The translations under genes were made by a program, and so were the position numbers. Below the pieces are notes generated by a model. It was not told the origin of the DNA. It made no database searches and was given only the letters and a program-made list of their open reading frames with translations. This document shows, in pieces, positions 12,331 through 24,290 of a stretch of DNA of 64,000 nt. The number at the start of each line of letters is the position of its first letter. The first letter of the stretch is position 1. The stretch lies in the NCBI GenBank assembly GCA_010405405.1, contig MU004234.1, forward strand, positions 1,887,275 to 1,951,274. The letters run 5' to 3'. The DNA is from Microthyrium microscopicum. Taxonomy: Eukaryota.

Positions 12331-14078
12331 CTACAACGTATCGATCTGTCCCAACACCCACTGCAAGTGTCGATATGCCACTCTAGGTTGGAACTGTGGT
12401 TGCATGTGGCCTGATTGGCGAGTGGTAGCCCACATTAGTCCTATAATTAAGTTAGCATTGGAAGTCGAAGGATGAATATGCTGCTTTTCTTACCTCGCTC
12501 GTAATGTTGAGTGCCCATCACACCTTGTCCAGGGCCATCGAGACCTCCAAAACCGTTCTCGTCAAAGACAGCCTCCCATTGAAGATCAGGCAGCTGAATG
12601 ACAACATCTTTGTTGGGCGCTTCGTCGAAGCCTAGCTTTCCATTCCATGTCATGTTCTGGATACTGAGTAACGTTCCGTTGCTAATAATCTCGTAGTCCC
12701 AGTCACCATTGGCAATCAACACTCGGTTAGTAGCCTCAATGACCTGTGGTAGAACAGACTGGATAGGATCCAACGACAGATCATAGTTGCCATATGGACC
12801 TGGATCAGTGCCATTGAAGACTGGTCCGCTGCACTCTGCCCAGTTGACTTCCTGAGGGGCGTGGATGGCATCCTTGACTTCTGAGCGGTTGAAATAAGGG
12901 CCGTCGAAATCGGGGTAGTTGTATATGAGATCGGTAGGGAAGGACAGTGGGTCGAAGAGAAGTGGGCACGTAAGCGAGATCTGATAGACGTTGAAGCATG
13001 GGTTCCCTTGGAACACGGCGTCATGCGCAATGTCCCATACATCGCACTCTTTGCTCATTTGGTTGTATGATCCGTTCAGCACTGGCTGTACGCCGGATGC
13101 AGGGAAGGTGAGGTATTTTGAAATATAGTCTTCGTATCCGCAGTCCTTGTGCGCCTTTTGAAGGGACTCCATGACGGTGGCGTTGAGGTTGAATAGTTCA
13201 GTGTACTTCTCCACGTATGGCACAGCTGTCATGGTATCTCCGATGTAATCGTATTTTCCAATGACTGGATCGTACATAAGCGCACCACCGAGATCAAAGT
13301 TCTTGGTGTCGTTCTGCTTGAGAATGGCATCGGATACGTAGGGTACATAGCGTCCGGCATATGACTCTCCTGTCACATAGACTTTATAATCTTCGATGCC
13401 GAAGATATCTTGGAAGTTCTTGAAGAAGCCTACAAAGTCTTGCGCAACTTCTTCCTCGCTTGTGGCAGTGACTGCGCCAGTACTGAAACCAGTACCTAGA
13501 AACTATTAGTGTCTGTTCATATTTCCGGACAAGACTTTGAGCTTACCGACTGGGAATTCCACCCACAGCATGTTGGTGAGATTTTGCCAGCTATATGGGT
13601 TTGGTAATCCATTGTATTGGCCCCAAGTCCATATAAAGGGACCATTTTCTTGAAGAAAGCCTTCCAAGGAACTGCAGCCAGGCCCACCGTTCAACCAGAT
13701 TGTTATATCTTTTGAAGGCTCTCCTAGCTTTGGAGCAAAGAAGAAGAACAGACTCCGCGAAGTGTCGTTGCTGTCGATTGGAATTGTACCCGAATACAAC
13801 TCTCCGAAATCAAAATCGATACCGGGTAATGAGTCTACTTCATATGCTAAGAAATAATTAGTAGAGCGTCTTCAACAATGGAGCAAAAACCTACGATCTG
13901 TATCGCTCGAACCAAATACTGAAGGTGTAGAGCTATTTTTCGTTCCATCTCTAGGAAAAATCGCACCCCGATGTTCTCTCTTCCGATTCAACTTTGGACT
14001 TCTCATCGACTCACTTCTCATTGACTCCACACCAACCGCCAACAAGAGAAATACCTTTGAAATCCGTGAAAACAACAT
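12331..14078 (-). CDS. Secreted serine carboxypeptidase, family S10 (multi-exon)
   Basis: Signal peptide; [16 protein letters not shown] nucleophile; NGDWD; C-terminal GHMQPQFQP catalytic His exon. Confidence 0.93.
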
Positions 14079-14976
14079 TTTATCAGATCAAATCGCCAAG
14101 TTTTCACACAAAACCAAAAAGCTTAGCCACGGCATTATGCACGCTTTAAAGCAAGTAACAACATTTCCCACAATGTAATTATTTTAGGCATTACACAAGT
14201 GATCGACGTTAAAGATAACAAGCATTCATTGGAAGGTCGCATGGCATATGCGCGATCTTGTCCCATGCAGTTGACCAGAATCCCGGTTGCTACCTTGCTT
14301 TGATCCGTCCTGCCATGTTGAGTTAGACTGGGTGGATGCCTCAACAACAAAAGTGACTATCGCAGCAGGTGGAAGTACGCGGATGGAGGCGAGGGACAAG
14401 GATCGACACTAGGTGACGAGATGCGGAATAGACTGATAACAGTAACTGTCAGCAATTCGACTCGATTGGTATCGCTAAGGGCATTCTCGTCTCCATCATC
14501 CCCCATGCATGCGCTCATAAACGTGGAATGAGGCAAGGGTGGAGCTTTTGGGACAATGAGTCGTGGGAGTTGGAGTTTACTGGAGAAGGCAAGTCAAGTT
14601 TCTGGACGGAGAGGCCGTGAGATGATGGAATTCGGCTCAATCCAATCATGACCGCTTGAAGTGTTCTCGGGTCATGTTTGAGTGAAGGAGTTCGCATCGA
14701 AACTGAGGTTGGTCAATTCTAGTAGATCTTGAATATCTCCGTCAAGCCAATCACAATCAAGGACACCATAGAGTGAGATGGCGCTACTGCTCTTAGCATC
14801 CGGAAATAACTCCATGTCCAGCCAGTACAGTATTCGAGGATTCTTGGTGTTTCCACGAAGAAAGCAACAGACTGACAGTACTAGAATTAAGCTCAACTCG
14901 TTAATTATTGGGCTTCATTCCATCAGTCAATGATGACAACATATTCATGATAAGTCTGGTGTAGTAAATACGATAT

Positions 14977-16661
14977 TTAGCGACCTTCCAGCCGCTTTTT
15001 TTCCACTAGTCTTCCCTCTTCCCGCCTAACAAGCGCATACCATCCGGACCCCGCCCAGCACAATGCTACACCGACCCAGCTATGTACTGGTAGCCGGAAG
15101 TTATTGAAAATCACAATCTGTACTGCTGCCCGCGGCACGCCAACAAAGCAACTCGTTAGTGGGCTTGTTGCTCTTACCATGGCCAACGAGCTGCTATACA
15201 CAACAAACGCACAAAAGCCACCACATGCGCAGATAAACCAGAACCAAAACACGTCTAGGAAGTAGCAATTCCTGAAAATACGTGGTAGTTCGCCTGATAT
15301 GAGGACCATGGGTGAGAGTATGATGAGGGAGAGGATGGAGTTGTAGTGAAGGAGCTGGTAATAGGCGCGAGTAGACTGCTTGCTGCCGCTCTCGATGCGT
15401 CCACGACTATCGTCATGATATGGGGTAGTAGGTGAGAAGGAGGTGAGGACGTCGCCGGCCCGCACTTGGGAGGCGATGAGGAGTTTGTGAGTGCGCTCTA
15501 GCAAGATAGGGTACAGGGAGACGAAGAGGATGCTGAAGACGCCGGCTACAATAGCTTCCCAGGTGGCAATGGAGCGCGTGCGGATGCTGGCGATGAGCAG
15601 GTTGAGCCAGGCGGTAAGACAGGAAGAGAGAGTGGCCACAGAGTGAGTAGTGCGACCAAAGGTGGATGTGAGGATTAGCGTGAGCGGTATTATGCCGATG
15701 CGGCAGAGGGTATAGAGTGGGAGCGCTGAGTAGGCGAAGGAAATGTTGCTGAGTAGTATTTTGCCAATGAAGATCACGGATAGTGGCAGGACTGTTTTGG
15801 CAGTTGATAGATGAAATTCCAGGAGTCCACCGCCGGCAATGCCGCCGTTGCCTTTTGATATGGCGGATATGAGTCTAAGAGGATTGAGAGACGAGAAACC
15901 GAGGACTCTTGCGCCGCCTGACTGTGAGTTTTGCGGATGGCTCGGAGCAATGAGAGCTGTAAGACCAATTTTGCGTAACGGCCCAGCGAACCATCTTGAC
16001 ATAGCGGCCCATATCAGCAGAAATACATGGCAAAACAACAGTTGTATCCAGGTGGCCGTCAATGGATAAGGGAATTTGTATACTCCATCTATTCCTCTAT
16101 TAGCAATTGGTAACGCCCAATCCAGTCAGAATTCTCACATAACAATATCACCCGGTTGAGGAACACCAGCAATATAGAAAACGTAACGTTCACGGCCGTA
16201 ATAATCCCCACATACACCTGCCAACCAGCCCAAGAACCGAACAGAAATGCTCCCAATCCTCCATCCCGCCAACGGACCTTCCACAACGATGGTCCGCCCG
16301 CCGAGTCTGCTACCAGCGGCCGTAGACTTGATGAGAAAATATTATCATCCTCATCCTCTGATTGTGTAGCACTCGTCGCGCGGTACGGCGTTGGACTGGG
16401 AGTCCGGGAAAAGTCTATGAGGGGAACACCAGTCGTCGAGTCGACTTCCGCGGATGAGGTTCGCGAGTGTATGCTTCGGCCGGTCGAAGACTTGGGCGTG
16501 TCGAGATTGGAGAAGGACATGTCCGCGAATGCCTCATCGTCAAGGTAGGCGCGGGAGGCTTTGCTGGCTGTTTGGCGAGCGGCGGAGAAGCGGTCGGAGA
16601 GGATTTCAATGGCGGGTCTGAAGGGATTGGAGTTAGGGAGGAAGGGTCGCGGGAAGTTCAT
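14977..16661 (-). CDS. Nucleotide-sugar / triose-phosphate transporter family membrane protein (intron near 16.09-16.14 kb; start could be 16520)
   Basis: LVFLNRVIL...YKFPYPLTATWIQL and TSPLTS motifs; many hydrophobic segments. Confidence 0.8.
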
Positions 16662-16779
16662 GTCTGAGGCAAGCCATTCAGGGTGATAGCTCTTGCTTGC
16701 ATCAGGATTCGTTCAAGTTGAGGAACGGCACCAGTGTAATAATGGATGGAGATCAAGGTTGCTAAACTAATTAGTAGCA

Positions 16780-16970
16780 AAACTAGTCTAGTCTAGTAAA
16801 CTAGTTACGTGACTAGTATAGTATTATACTATACTAGTTACGTAACTAGTATAGTATAGTACTAGTTTAGAAAAATTTAATAACTAGTTAGTACTAGTAT
16901 AAAATATTAAACTAGTTAACTAGTATAATATAATAGTAGTATACTAGTTCTATTAGTTTAATACTAGCTA
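16780..16970. repeat. Left subterminal ACTAGT repeat array of the hAT
   Basis: Many ACTAGT hexamers just inside the left TIR, mirrored at the right end. Confidence 0.75.
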
Positions 16971-17059
16971 AGCCTTTTATATTTAAACTAAAATATATAT
17001 TATTTAATAGCTTTATATCTCTAGAATCTAAATCTAGTCTTATAATTTTAATAATATTA

Positions 17060-18010
17060 ATAGTTATAGAGTTATAGATAATATAAAATAGATTTTAATA
17101 AAATATATAAGTATATATATTTACTTTTATTATTAATAAATAGTATAATAATATACTTCTTTAGTTCTAAGTTATAGTATTATAATATAGTTTAGTAGCT
17201 CTATAACGTAATATAGATTTAATATCTTATTTCTATTTAGTTATTATAATATAAAATAGCTTATAAAGTTAGTACTTTTTAAAATATAAATAAATATAAA
17301 AGAAGATAAGATATATACTAGATATTACTATTATACTAACTACTATAGAATACTCTATATACTTTTATTAAATAGATATATTAATAATATATAATTTATT
17401 AATAAGATTAAAATAAAAATATAAGAAAATAAATATATAAAGATTAAATTTAATATATATTATAATATCTAGTATTTAATAGTACGTTTAAAAGATTTAT
17501 ATAAATATTGTATAGTATTATAATACTATTAAGTAGGTTTATAATATTATATGGGTTTTAACTCTTATTTATGTTTAGTTTCTATAATATAAAATAATAT
17601 ATAGAAAACTACTTTATAAAATATAATATTATCTAGTAGAAGATAAGATATATAATAGGTATTACTATAATACTACTTACTAGGAAATACTCTAGAGATT
17701 CTTATTATATAAATATATTAATATTATATAATCTACTAATAATATTTTAATAAAAATATAAAGAAATAAATATATAATAAATAAATTTAATATCTTTTAT
17801 TATAACTATAATAGAAAAGTAGTCTTTATAGTTTTTTATAAGATTTATATATTATTATAACGCTTAAGAGTAGCTCTATAATTTTATATAGGTTTTAAGT
17901 CTTATTTATATTTAATTTCTATATAATAAAATAATATATAAAAAAGTTACTTTTATAAATATATTAAGATCTAGAAGGAGATAAGATATATATTATATAT
18001 TATTATAATA
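17060..18010. repeat. Degenerate tandem repeat, ~337-bp unit, ~3 copies
   Basis: Anchor AGATAAGATATAT at 17304, 17641, 17979, with alignable flanks. Confidence 0.75.
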
Positions 18011-18457
18011 AGAAAAAATTACTCTATTTTAAAAGCAAAAGAATAATTAATTATATAAGTATTAGAATTCTAAAAATAAACTACGAAAAGAAAATAACTA
18101 AATTTTTAACTAAGACATAAACTAATTATCTTCTAAAGCTATATTTAGCTCTTTATCCTTAATATAAGTTAAATTAGAGGAATTACTAAGAGTAGGGCTA
18201 GAAATAGCTAAATCTAGTGCTTTAAGCTCTTTTATTTTCTATATTAAATTAGTATATAAAAGTAATATTATTAATAAAAACTAACCTTCTAAAAGCCTTA
18301 TTTAAGCTCTTTCTCTACTCGTTATTCTTCTTTAATCTTTTTATAAGTTTCTAGTAGCTATTAGTGTCTAATTTGACGTAACTTAGTAGAAGCTTCTTAT
18401 AATTTAATAGGGTGTTTTAGATTAGATTTATAGATTTTTTAAACTTAATCTTTACTA

Positions 18458-19277
18458 CTATAAAAGGTTAGTATAAGTTAGAAATAAAAGAATAAATATA
18501 ACTTACCTAGAAGCTATTTTGCTAGTTTTAAAAGTAGTTTTAGTCTAATCTACTTATAATCCTTTCTAATTAATTACTAGATTTAATAAAGTTAATAATT
18601 TAGTTTTATATCTATATAATGACTAAATAGTAATAAGCCTATATATAATAAGAATAGTAATTTCCTTACTATTATATAAAAATATAGCTTTATAGTTTAC
18701 TTTCTTAATTTCTAAGACGAAGTAAACTATAAAAGATTTAACGTTTCTACCTTCTAAAAGAAGTAAGAAATTAAGATATATACGTTAAAAATTATATTCT
18801 TAATGAATATAAACTAAATACCTAAATTCTTATCTTCTAGCCTATTCTTACTCTAAAATAAAAAAGTTATATTATAATTTATTATTTAAAAGAAGAGCGT
18901 TTCTATAGCTAAGAAATTTATTTATAAAACGTTATAGTTTAACTTATAAATTATATTAAGGATAAGAATTAGTTTAAGACACTATATATTATATTAATAT
19001 AATATAATAAAAATAGGATTATAACTTACTTTTAGCTAAAAGAATAAGGAAAGTATAACTAAAATGAAAAGTTAGAAAAAAAAATAAAGTTTAAAAATAA
19101 AAGATAACTTACCTAAAAAGGCTAAATAAGACTAGGCAAAGAGACTATTAAATAGAGAAAAATTTAGTAAGTTAAATAATATAGAATACTAGTACTAACT
19201 AGTAGTAGCCTAATATTAAAGACTAGAAAAAAGAAAGTTAAAAAAAAAAAAAAAAAAAAAAAGATAATAATACTTAC
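18458..19277 (-). pseudogene. RIP-ed multi-intron gene relic in the hAT left arm (true ends unknown)
   Basis: Four 48-55-bp GTAAGT...TAG introns on the minus strand: 19277-19223, 19112-19059, 19029-18982, 18506-18458; two keep CTAAC. Confidence 0.65.
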
Positions 19278-19425
19278 TATAGAAAGTAAAGAAGTATTAA
19301 ATAAAAAAACAAAAGAGGCTAAGTCTAGAAAGTATAAAGAGTACTAGTATATCATAGTACTAAAATATAAAATAATAGTAATAGGTAAAAAATATAGTAA
19401 TTATTTAAAATTTAAAGATTATTAA

Positions 19426-19743
19426 GGAAAACTTAATATACTTATATTCTTTTAATATAGGATTTACGTGCTAAAAATACTATTATAACTACTATAATTT
19501 AGGCTTTAAAACGTATATCATTTTAATTAGTTTAGGTACGTAATATAAAAGTTATTAATAAAAATAGATAAGACGCGTAAATATTTTACTAAGCGCCCTA
19601 TTTAGTTTTATTAATAACTTTTATATTACGCGTCTAAACTAGTTAAAATAATATGCGTTTTAAAGTCTAAACTATAGTAATTATAATAGTATCTTTAGTA
19701 CGTAGATTCTATATTAAAAGAATATAAGTATATTAGGTAAACC
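19426..19743. mobile_element. Foldback/MITE-like element, 318 bp
   Basis: ~140-bp inverted arms around a short loop, GG...CC ends, TATTAA direct repeat on both flanks (19420-25, 19744-49). Confidence 0.7.
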
Positions 19744-21145
19744 TATTAAAATTCTTACTTATCTTAGATCTTAATTAATTACTTTACTTATACTACTTTA
19801 AATTATACTATTACCTACTTATAGCTTACCTATATCTCTCCTTATTATTAAAATTTACTATATATATTTTGATCTATTACTAAAAATTACTTTTCTTTTT
19901 TTACTTTTTTAAATATTTTATTATATATAGACCTTTATTATATAATATAATACTATATTCTTCTCTTTAGAGAATTAGCTTTTATAGTCTATAGCTTTTA
20001 TTACTTTTACTCTAGTTAGTATTAGTTTATTTAGCTTTTAGAAATAATTAGACTTTAAGTTTAGATTTTATACTTTTAAATTTCTAAGCTTTTAAACTAG
20101 TTACTATAATATTAGTTATTATTCTAGGCTCTTCTTATTAGATATAGAATAGCTTAGTTATTTTACTTTTATTATTATATCCTTCCTTAGCTTTATAGTT
20201 TATAAATTATTTAAAAAAATAGAAAAATCTTTATTTATTAAAAAATATTAAGACTTTTTAGTAGATTTTTATAAGACCTTCTTTGGCTCCTACACGGCTT
20301 AATTTGCACCACTTCATTAATTTAATTTAAATAAACCTTTAGAATCCCTTTGCTAACGCTTAGGGATTACTTTTATAAATTTTTAGCTAGACGCCTATAC
20401 GCGTTATAGTGTTGTTACGGCTAGAAGAATGGCTAAATTAAATAACTAAAATATAGAAGAATAAGACTCTAATTTTAAGAGCTATAAGAGCTTACTTAAC
20501 GATAGCCCTTTAGAACTACTTAGTATAGTTAACGTAGTAGGGATATCCCTATCTAGAATATAAAAAGGCATATAAAAAGGATTAGAAATAATTATCTTAA
20601 AATAAGTCTTCTATAATACTATAGAGGAGCTTATTAAGCTAAAGGACTACGTCCTCTACTAAGAGGAAGAGCCTCTAGTAGCTAAATACCCTACCCCTAA
20701 ACCTACCTTTCTTAAAACTATCCTTAATTAGCTTAATAAGATTAAAGTAGTAGTTTAACGTTATTCTACTATACTAGCTCTAAAGCTATATTCCTAAGTA
20801 GTAATTACCTCCTATACTAAACTACATATAAGTAAACTAAAAAGTTATTCTATTATCCTATAACCTAAGGCAGAATAATATATAGGGACCCCTTTAGAGG
20901 TTCTTAAGGAACTTAAAAAGACATTTATAGGTACTATAAGCGTACGCCCTTTATAGAGTAGTAATCTTTGAGTTATCTTTAAAAATACTAAATAGAAGGA
21001 TTAGGCTTAGTACTTAACCATTAAAGGTACGTAAGTACTTTAGTAGGATTATCTTATTAAAGTAACTAGTATACTCTTAAAAAGCATTAGTAATAGGGTT
21101 CGTTATAGTAAGGTAGTTATTTAATTATAACTTAGGGTTTATTAA

Positions 21146-21369
21146 TATAAGGAGCTAACGGGCGCAATTAGGCAAGTAGAAAGTAGCTAGTATTGTAGAA
21201 TCTAAGTATAAAGAAAAGAGATCTAGAGATATAGCTACAAATGTAAAGAAGTAAGAGCCTAGGATATCCTTAGATATACTAACCCTAAACGGAATAAAGA
21301 GATCTTATCTAGAAGATTAGATCTTAGTATCTAAATACTATAATACTAAACCTATAAGGATTCTTTATA
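21146..21369 (-). repeat. 3' LTR of Gypsy A
   Basis: 224-bp direct repeat of 44682-44905; RIP-ed TG...CA ends. Confidence 0.92.
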
Positions 21370-23085
21370 TAACTCTTCCCTTCTAAAATAGACCTTATAG
21401 GCTATATCCTAATCTAATCTATTCTAGTCTAGTCTAGGCTAGTCTAGGCTAAGCTAGGCTAGTCTATATAAATATAAAACTCCTTTATATATATTACTAC
21501 TAAGGAATATAATAATATACTATCTACTTACCTTAGTACTATTTAAATTTATTTAATAAAGAAAAAGATATCTATTTAAGCTAGTTTATAGTATCCTATA
21601 ATCTCTTTAATAGCATAAATTAAAAAACTAAACTAAAGGTATAATACTATTAGTAAAAATAAATAAATATAACGCTTTTTATACTATATAATTCTAATCT
21701 ATAAGTAGTTTATTAGTATTATAATCTTCTTTTTTAATTTAATTTACTAGTAGAGACTAAGAAGGGTATAAACTAAGCTTCTAAGAATAAAGCCTATAGA
21801 ATTCTAATATAGTATTAGATATATTAATAGCATTTTTCTAAGGCTACTAAGTTTTATTATAAAATCTTATTTATTTAATCTTATATTTAAGCACCTTATT
21901 CTTACCCTTACTATCCTATTTACTATTAATAATAGTATTAACTAGCTATTCTTTTTTACTTTCCTTTTTATTAATAACTACTAGAGGAGGATTTAACTTC
22001 TATAATAGATATACATTATTATTAATTAAATATAGTAGCTAAGTATAGAATACTAGGTATATCTTTATTAATTTAGAAAGATCTAATTTATAAGTTACTC
22101 TATTAGTTTTATATAATATCTTAAAGAGACTAGTACTCTTACTATTAAGTATCTTAGAAAAGTAAGTAGTATTATAATTATATACGTTAAGTCTTACCTA
22201 GTCTTTAAGATAGAGATCTAGTACTAGATAGTAATATTTATTAGCATAGAGCTTTTATTAAGCTTAAGCTTAAACTAATTACTTCTTTAAAAACTTATAA
22301 AGCTTCTTATAATTATCTTAAACTTAATCTATAGTAATTACTTTCTTACGCGCTATAATAAAAGCATAAGACGCTTTTAGTAGTAGGTAATAAGTAAATT
22401 TAAGCCCTAATTTTAGTAGAAAATTATTTTATACCTTAAAAGGTATAAAACTAGTAGTAGCATTTATAGCAAAATTTACTATAAACTTAGTAAATAATAA
22501 TAGAGTTACCTAATTATTCTAATTCTAATTAATAAAGGATCTAAGATATTACTTTAAAGTAGTAATAGTTATTTTAGTAATACTATTAAATTCTAGATAC
22601 TATATAATACTTAATCTTAGCATAATACCTATTTATTCGTATAGATAACCCTAAAAAGTAGATATAAATTAGATTCCTTAATCTAAAAGGATAAAGTTAG
22701 GCTATCTATATAGCTTCTATACTTAATTAATAAAAGCTATAATTATTATTTTTACTAAAAGACTTAGGAGGATAATAAATTGCTATAACTATATTAAATA
22801 ATTAATAATAACTATAATATACTAATAAACTATACCCTAATAAGTATAATATAGTAGTAAGATAACAAAATCTATTAAAATATTAGACTATACTTAGTCT
22901 AGTAAAGAGAATAATTAAAAAAGGCTTTACTTCTTTTAGCGTACTAGTTTTATAAAGATATAATAGTAGCCTTTAATATATTTCTTAACGTATTCTAATA
23001 TTCTTAGCTATTAATAATCTTATTAAAAGTAGTAATATATTATTATAGTTCCTTTATAGCTTATAACTTTATATTAATATACTTA

Positions 23086-23180
23086 GGGGGAGTAGTACAG
23101 TAGTAGTACTTACAATCTTACAGATAGGCCTTACCTATTCGAGTATCCATAGGGCACAGGTTCGATTCCTGTCTCTCCCA
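23086..23180 (+). promoter_or_regulatory. tRNA-derived Pol III promoter head (A and B boxes)
   Basis: Acceptor stem GGGGGAG/CTCTCCC-A, D arm GTAC-AGTAGTA-GTAC, T arm ACAGG-TTCGATT-CCTGT; anticodon arm degenerate and elongated. Confidence 0.8.
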
Positions 23181-24290
23181 CTACCCCAAAAATAATAATC
23201 GTTACTTACTTTTAAAGCTATGATTACTCCTTCTTAGAGAAGGTTATCCTTTCCTTTTTAATAGGTGTAGAGAACGAGCTATAGCTCTTTTTAATATGTT
23301 GCAGAAGGTGCAAATTTTTGTATTACATAATTACTATATATAGCTATAAGATTATCCTTATTAAAGCTCTATTAATAATAATGGACTAGCGTTAAAAATT
23401 ATATAATTAGAAACTAGCTACTTAATACATAAAGCTATATATAAACAAAGCTATAATATTACTAAAGCGTAGTAAATTCAGTATGCTAAAGCTAATTCTT
23501 TTACAACTTTTAGTAATTAGATTAGACGATCGGCCCTAGCTTAGTAAGCCTAAAATCTAGCTATAATTAGTTAAGGCAAAGATTAGACTAAATAATATAG
23601 TAGAAACTTATAGAATCTAGGAATACTATAGCTTAGTAAGTATAGTGTCTACGAGTTAGCATAAATAGCGCTATAGGATAAGTTAGTAGACTTAGGGGAG
23701 GTAACCTAGAACACGCCAAGCTAAAGGACCCTAGATAATAGCTTAAAAGTAAAGCATAGCGTAGACGAATAGCTTTTAGCAGACTATTAGTACTACCTTA
23801 GACTTAATATTACGACAAGAATAGAGGGATCTAATATAATAATAAGGAGGGAATTAGCCCTACAAGGCGATAATATTAGTAACTTTAGGAACTTAAAGCA
23901 GTAGACTAATTAAAAGAATATACCGCTATTACGAAAAATACGCCTAGAGAAGTACTAATAGGCTAAATACTTCCTAGAATTTAGCTCCCTAATCTACTAA
24001 AGCTTTCATAGCTTAGGAGGCTAATAGGGCTTAGTAAGATATAATATTAGCCTTAGCACGAATTAGTATATAGAATATAATAGTAGGATTTTCCCTTATA
24101 TAGTTAGCGCCTTAGTTTACTAAATATATAGAAGTTAGCTAAAGCTAAACTAGGCCTTAGGCCTAGAGTAAGCTAGCTTAGCTAGATTTAGGTAGATTAG
24201 CTAATTAGATAAAGGTTTTTACCTACTTATTAAGAGTAGTGTCTATATAGCCTATTAGCATAGCTAAAAGATAATAAACAAGATTTATAT
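23086..24290 (+). mobile_element. tRNA-headed SINE-like element (~1.2 kb) with LINE-derived 3' tail
   Basis: 15-bp TSD ATATTAATATACTTA (23071-85 / 24291-305); tRNA-like head; last ~60 nt match the 3' end of the LINE at 26521-26579. Confidence 0.85.

Noticed and set aside
16780..18010. CRISPR-like array
   Set aside because: Eukaryotic context; the repeats are transposon subterminal or tandem units with no repeat-spacer structure.
23086..23180. Functional tRNA gene
   Set aside because: The anticodon arm does not fold cleanly, and the sequence is the 5' end of a TSD-flanked insert; no isotype assigned.
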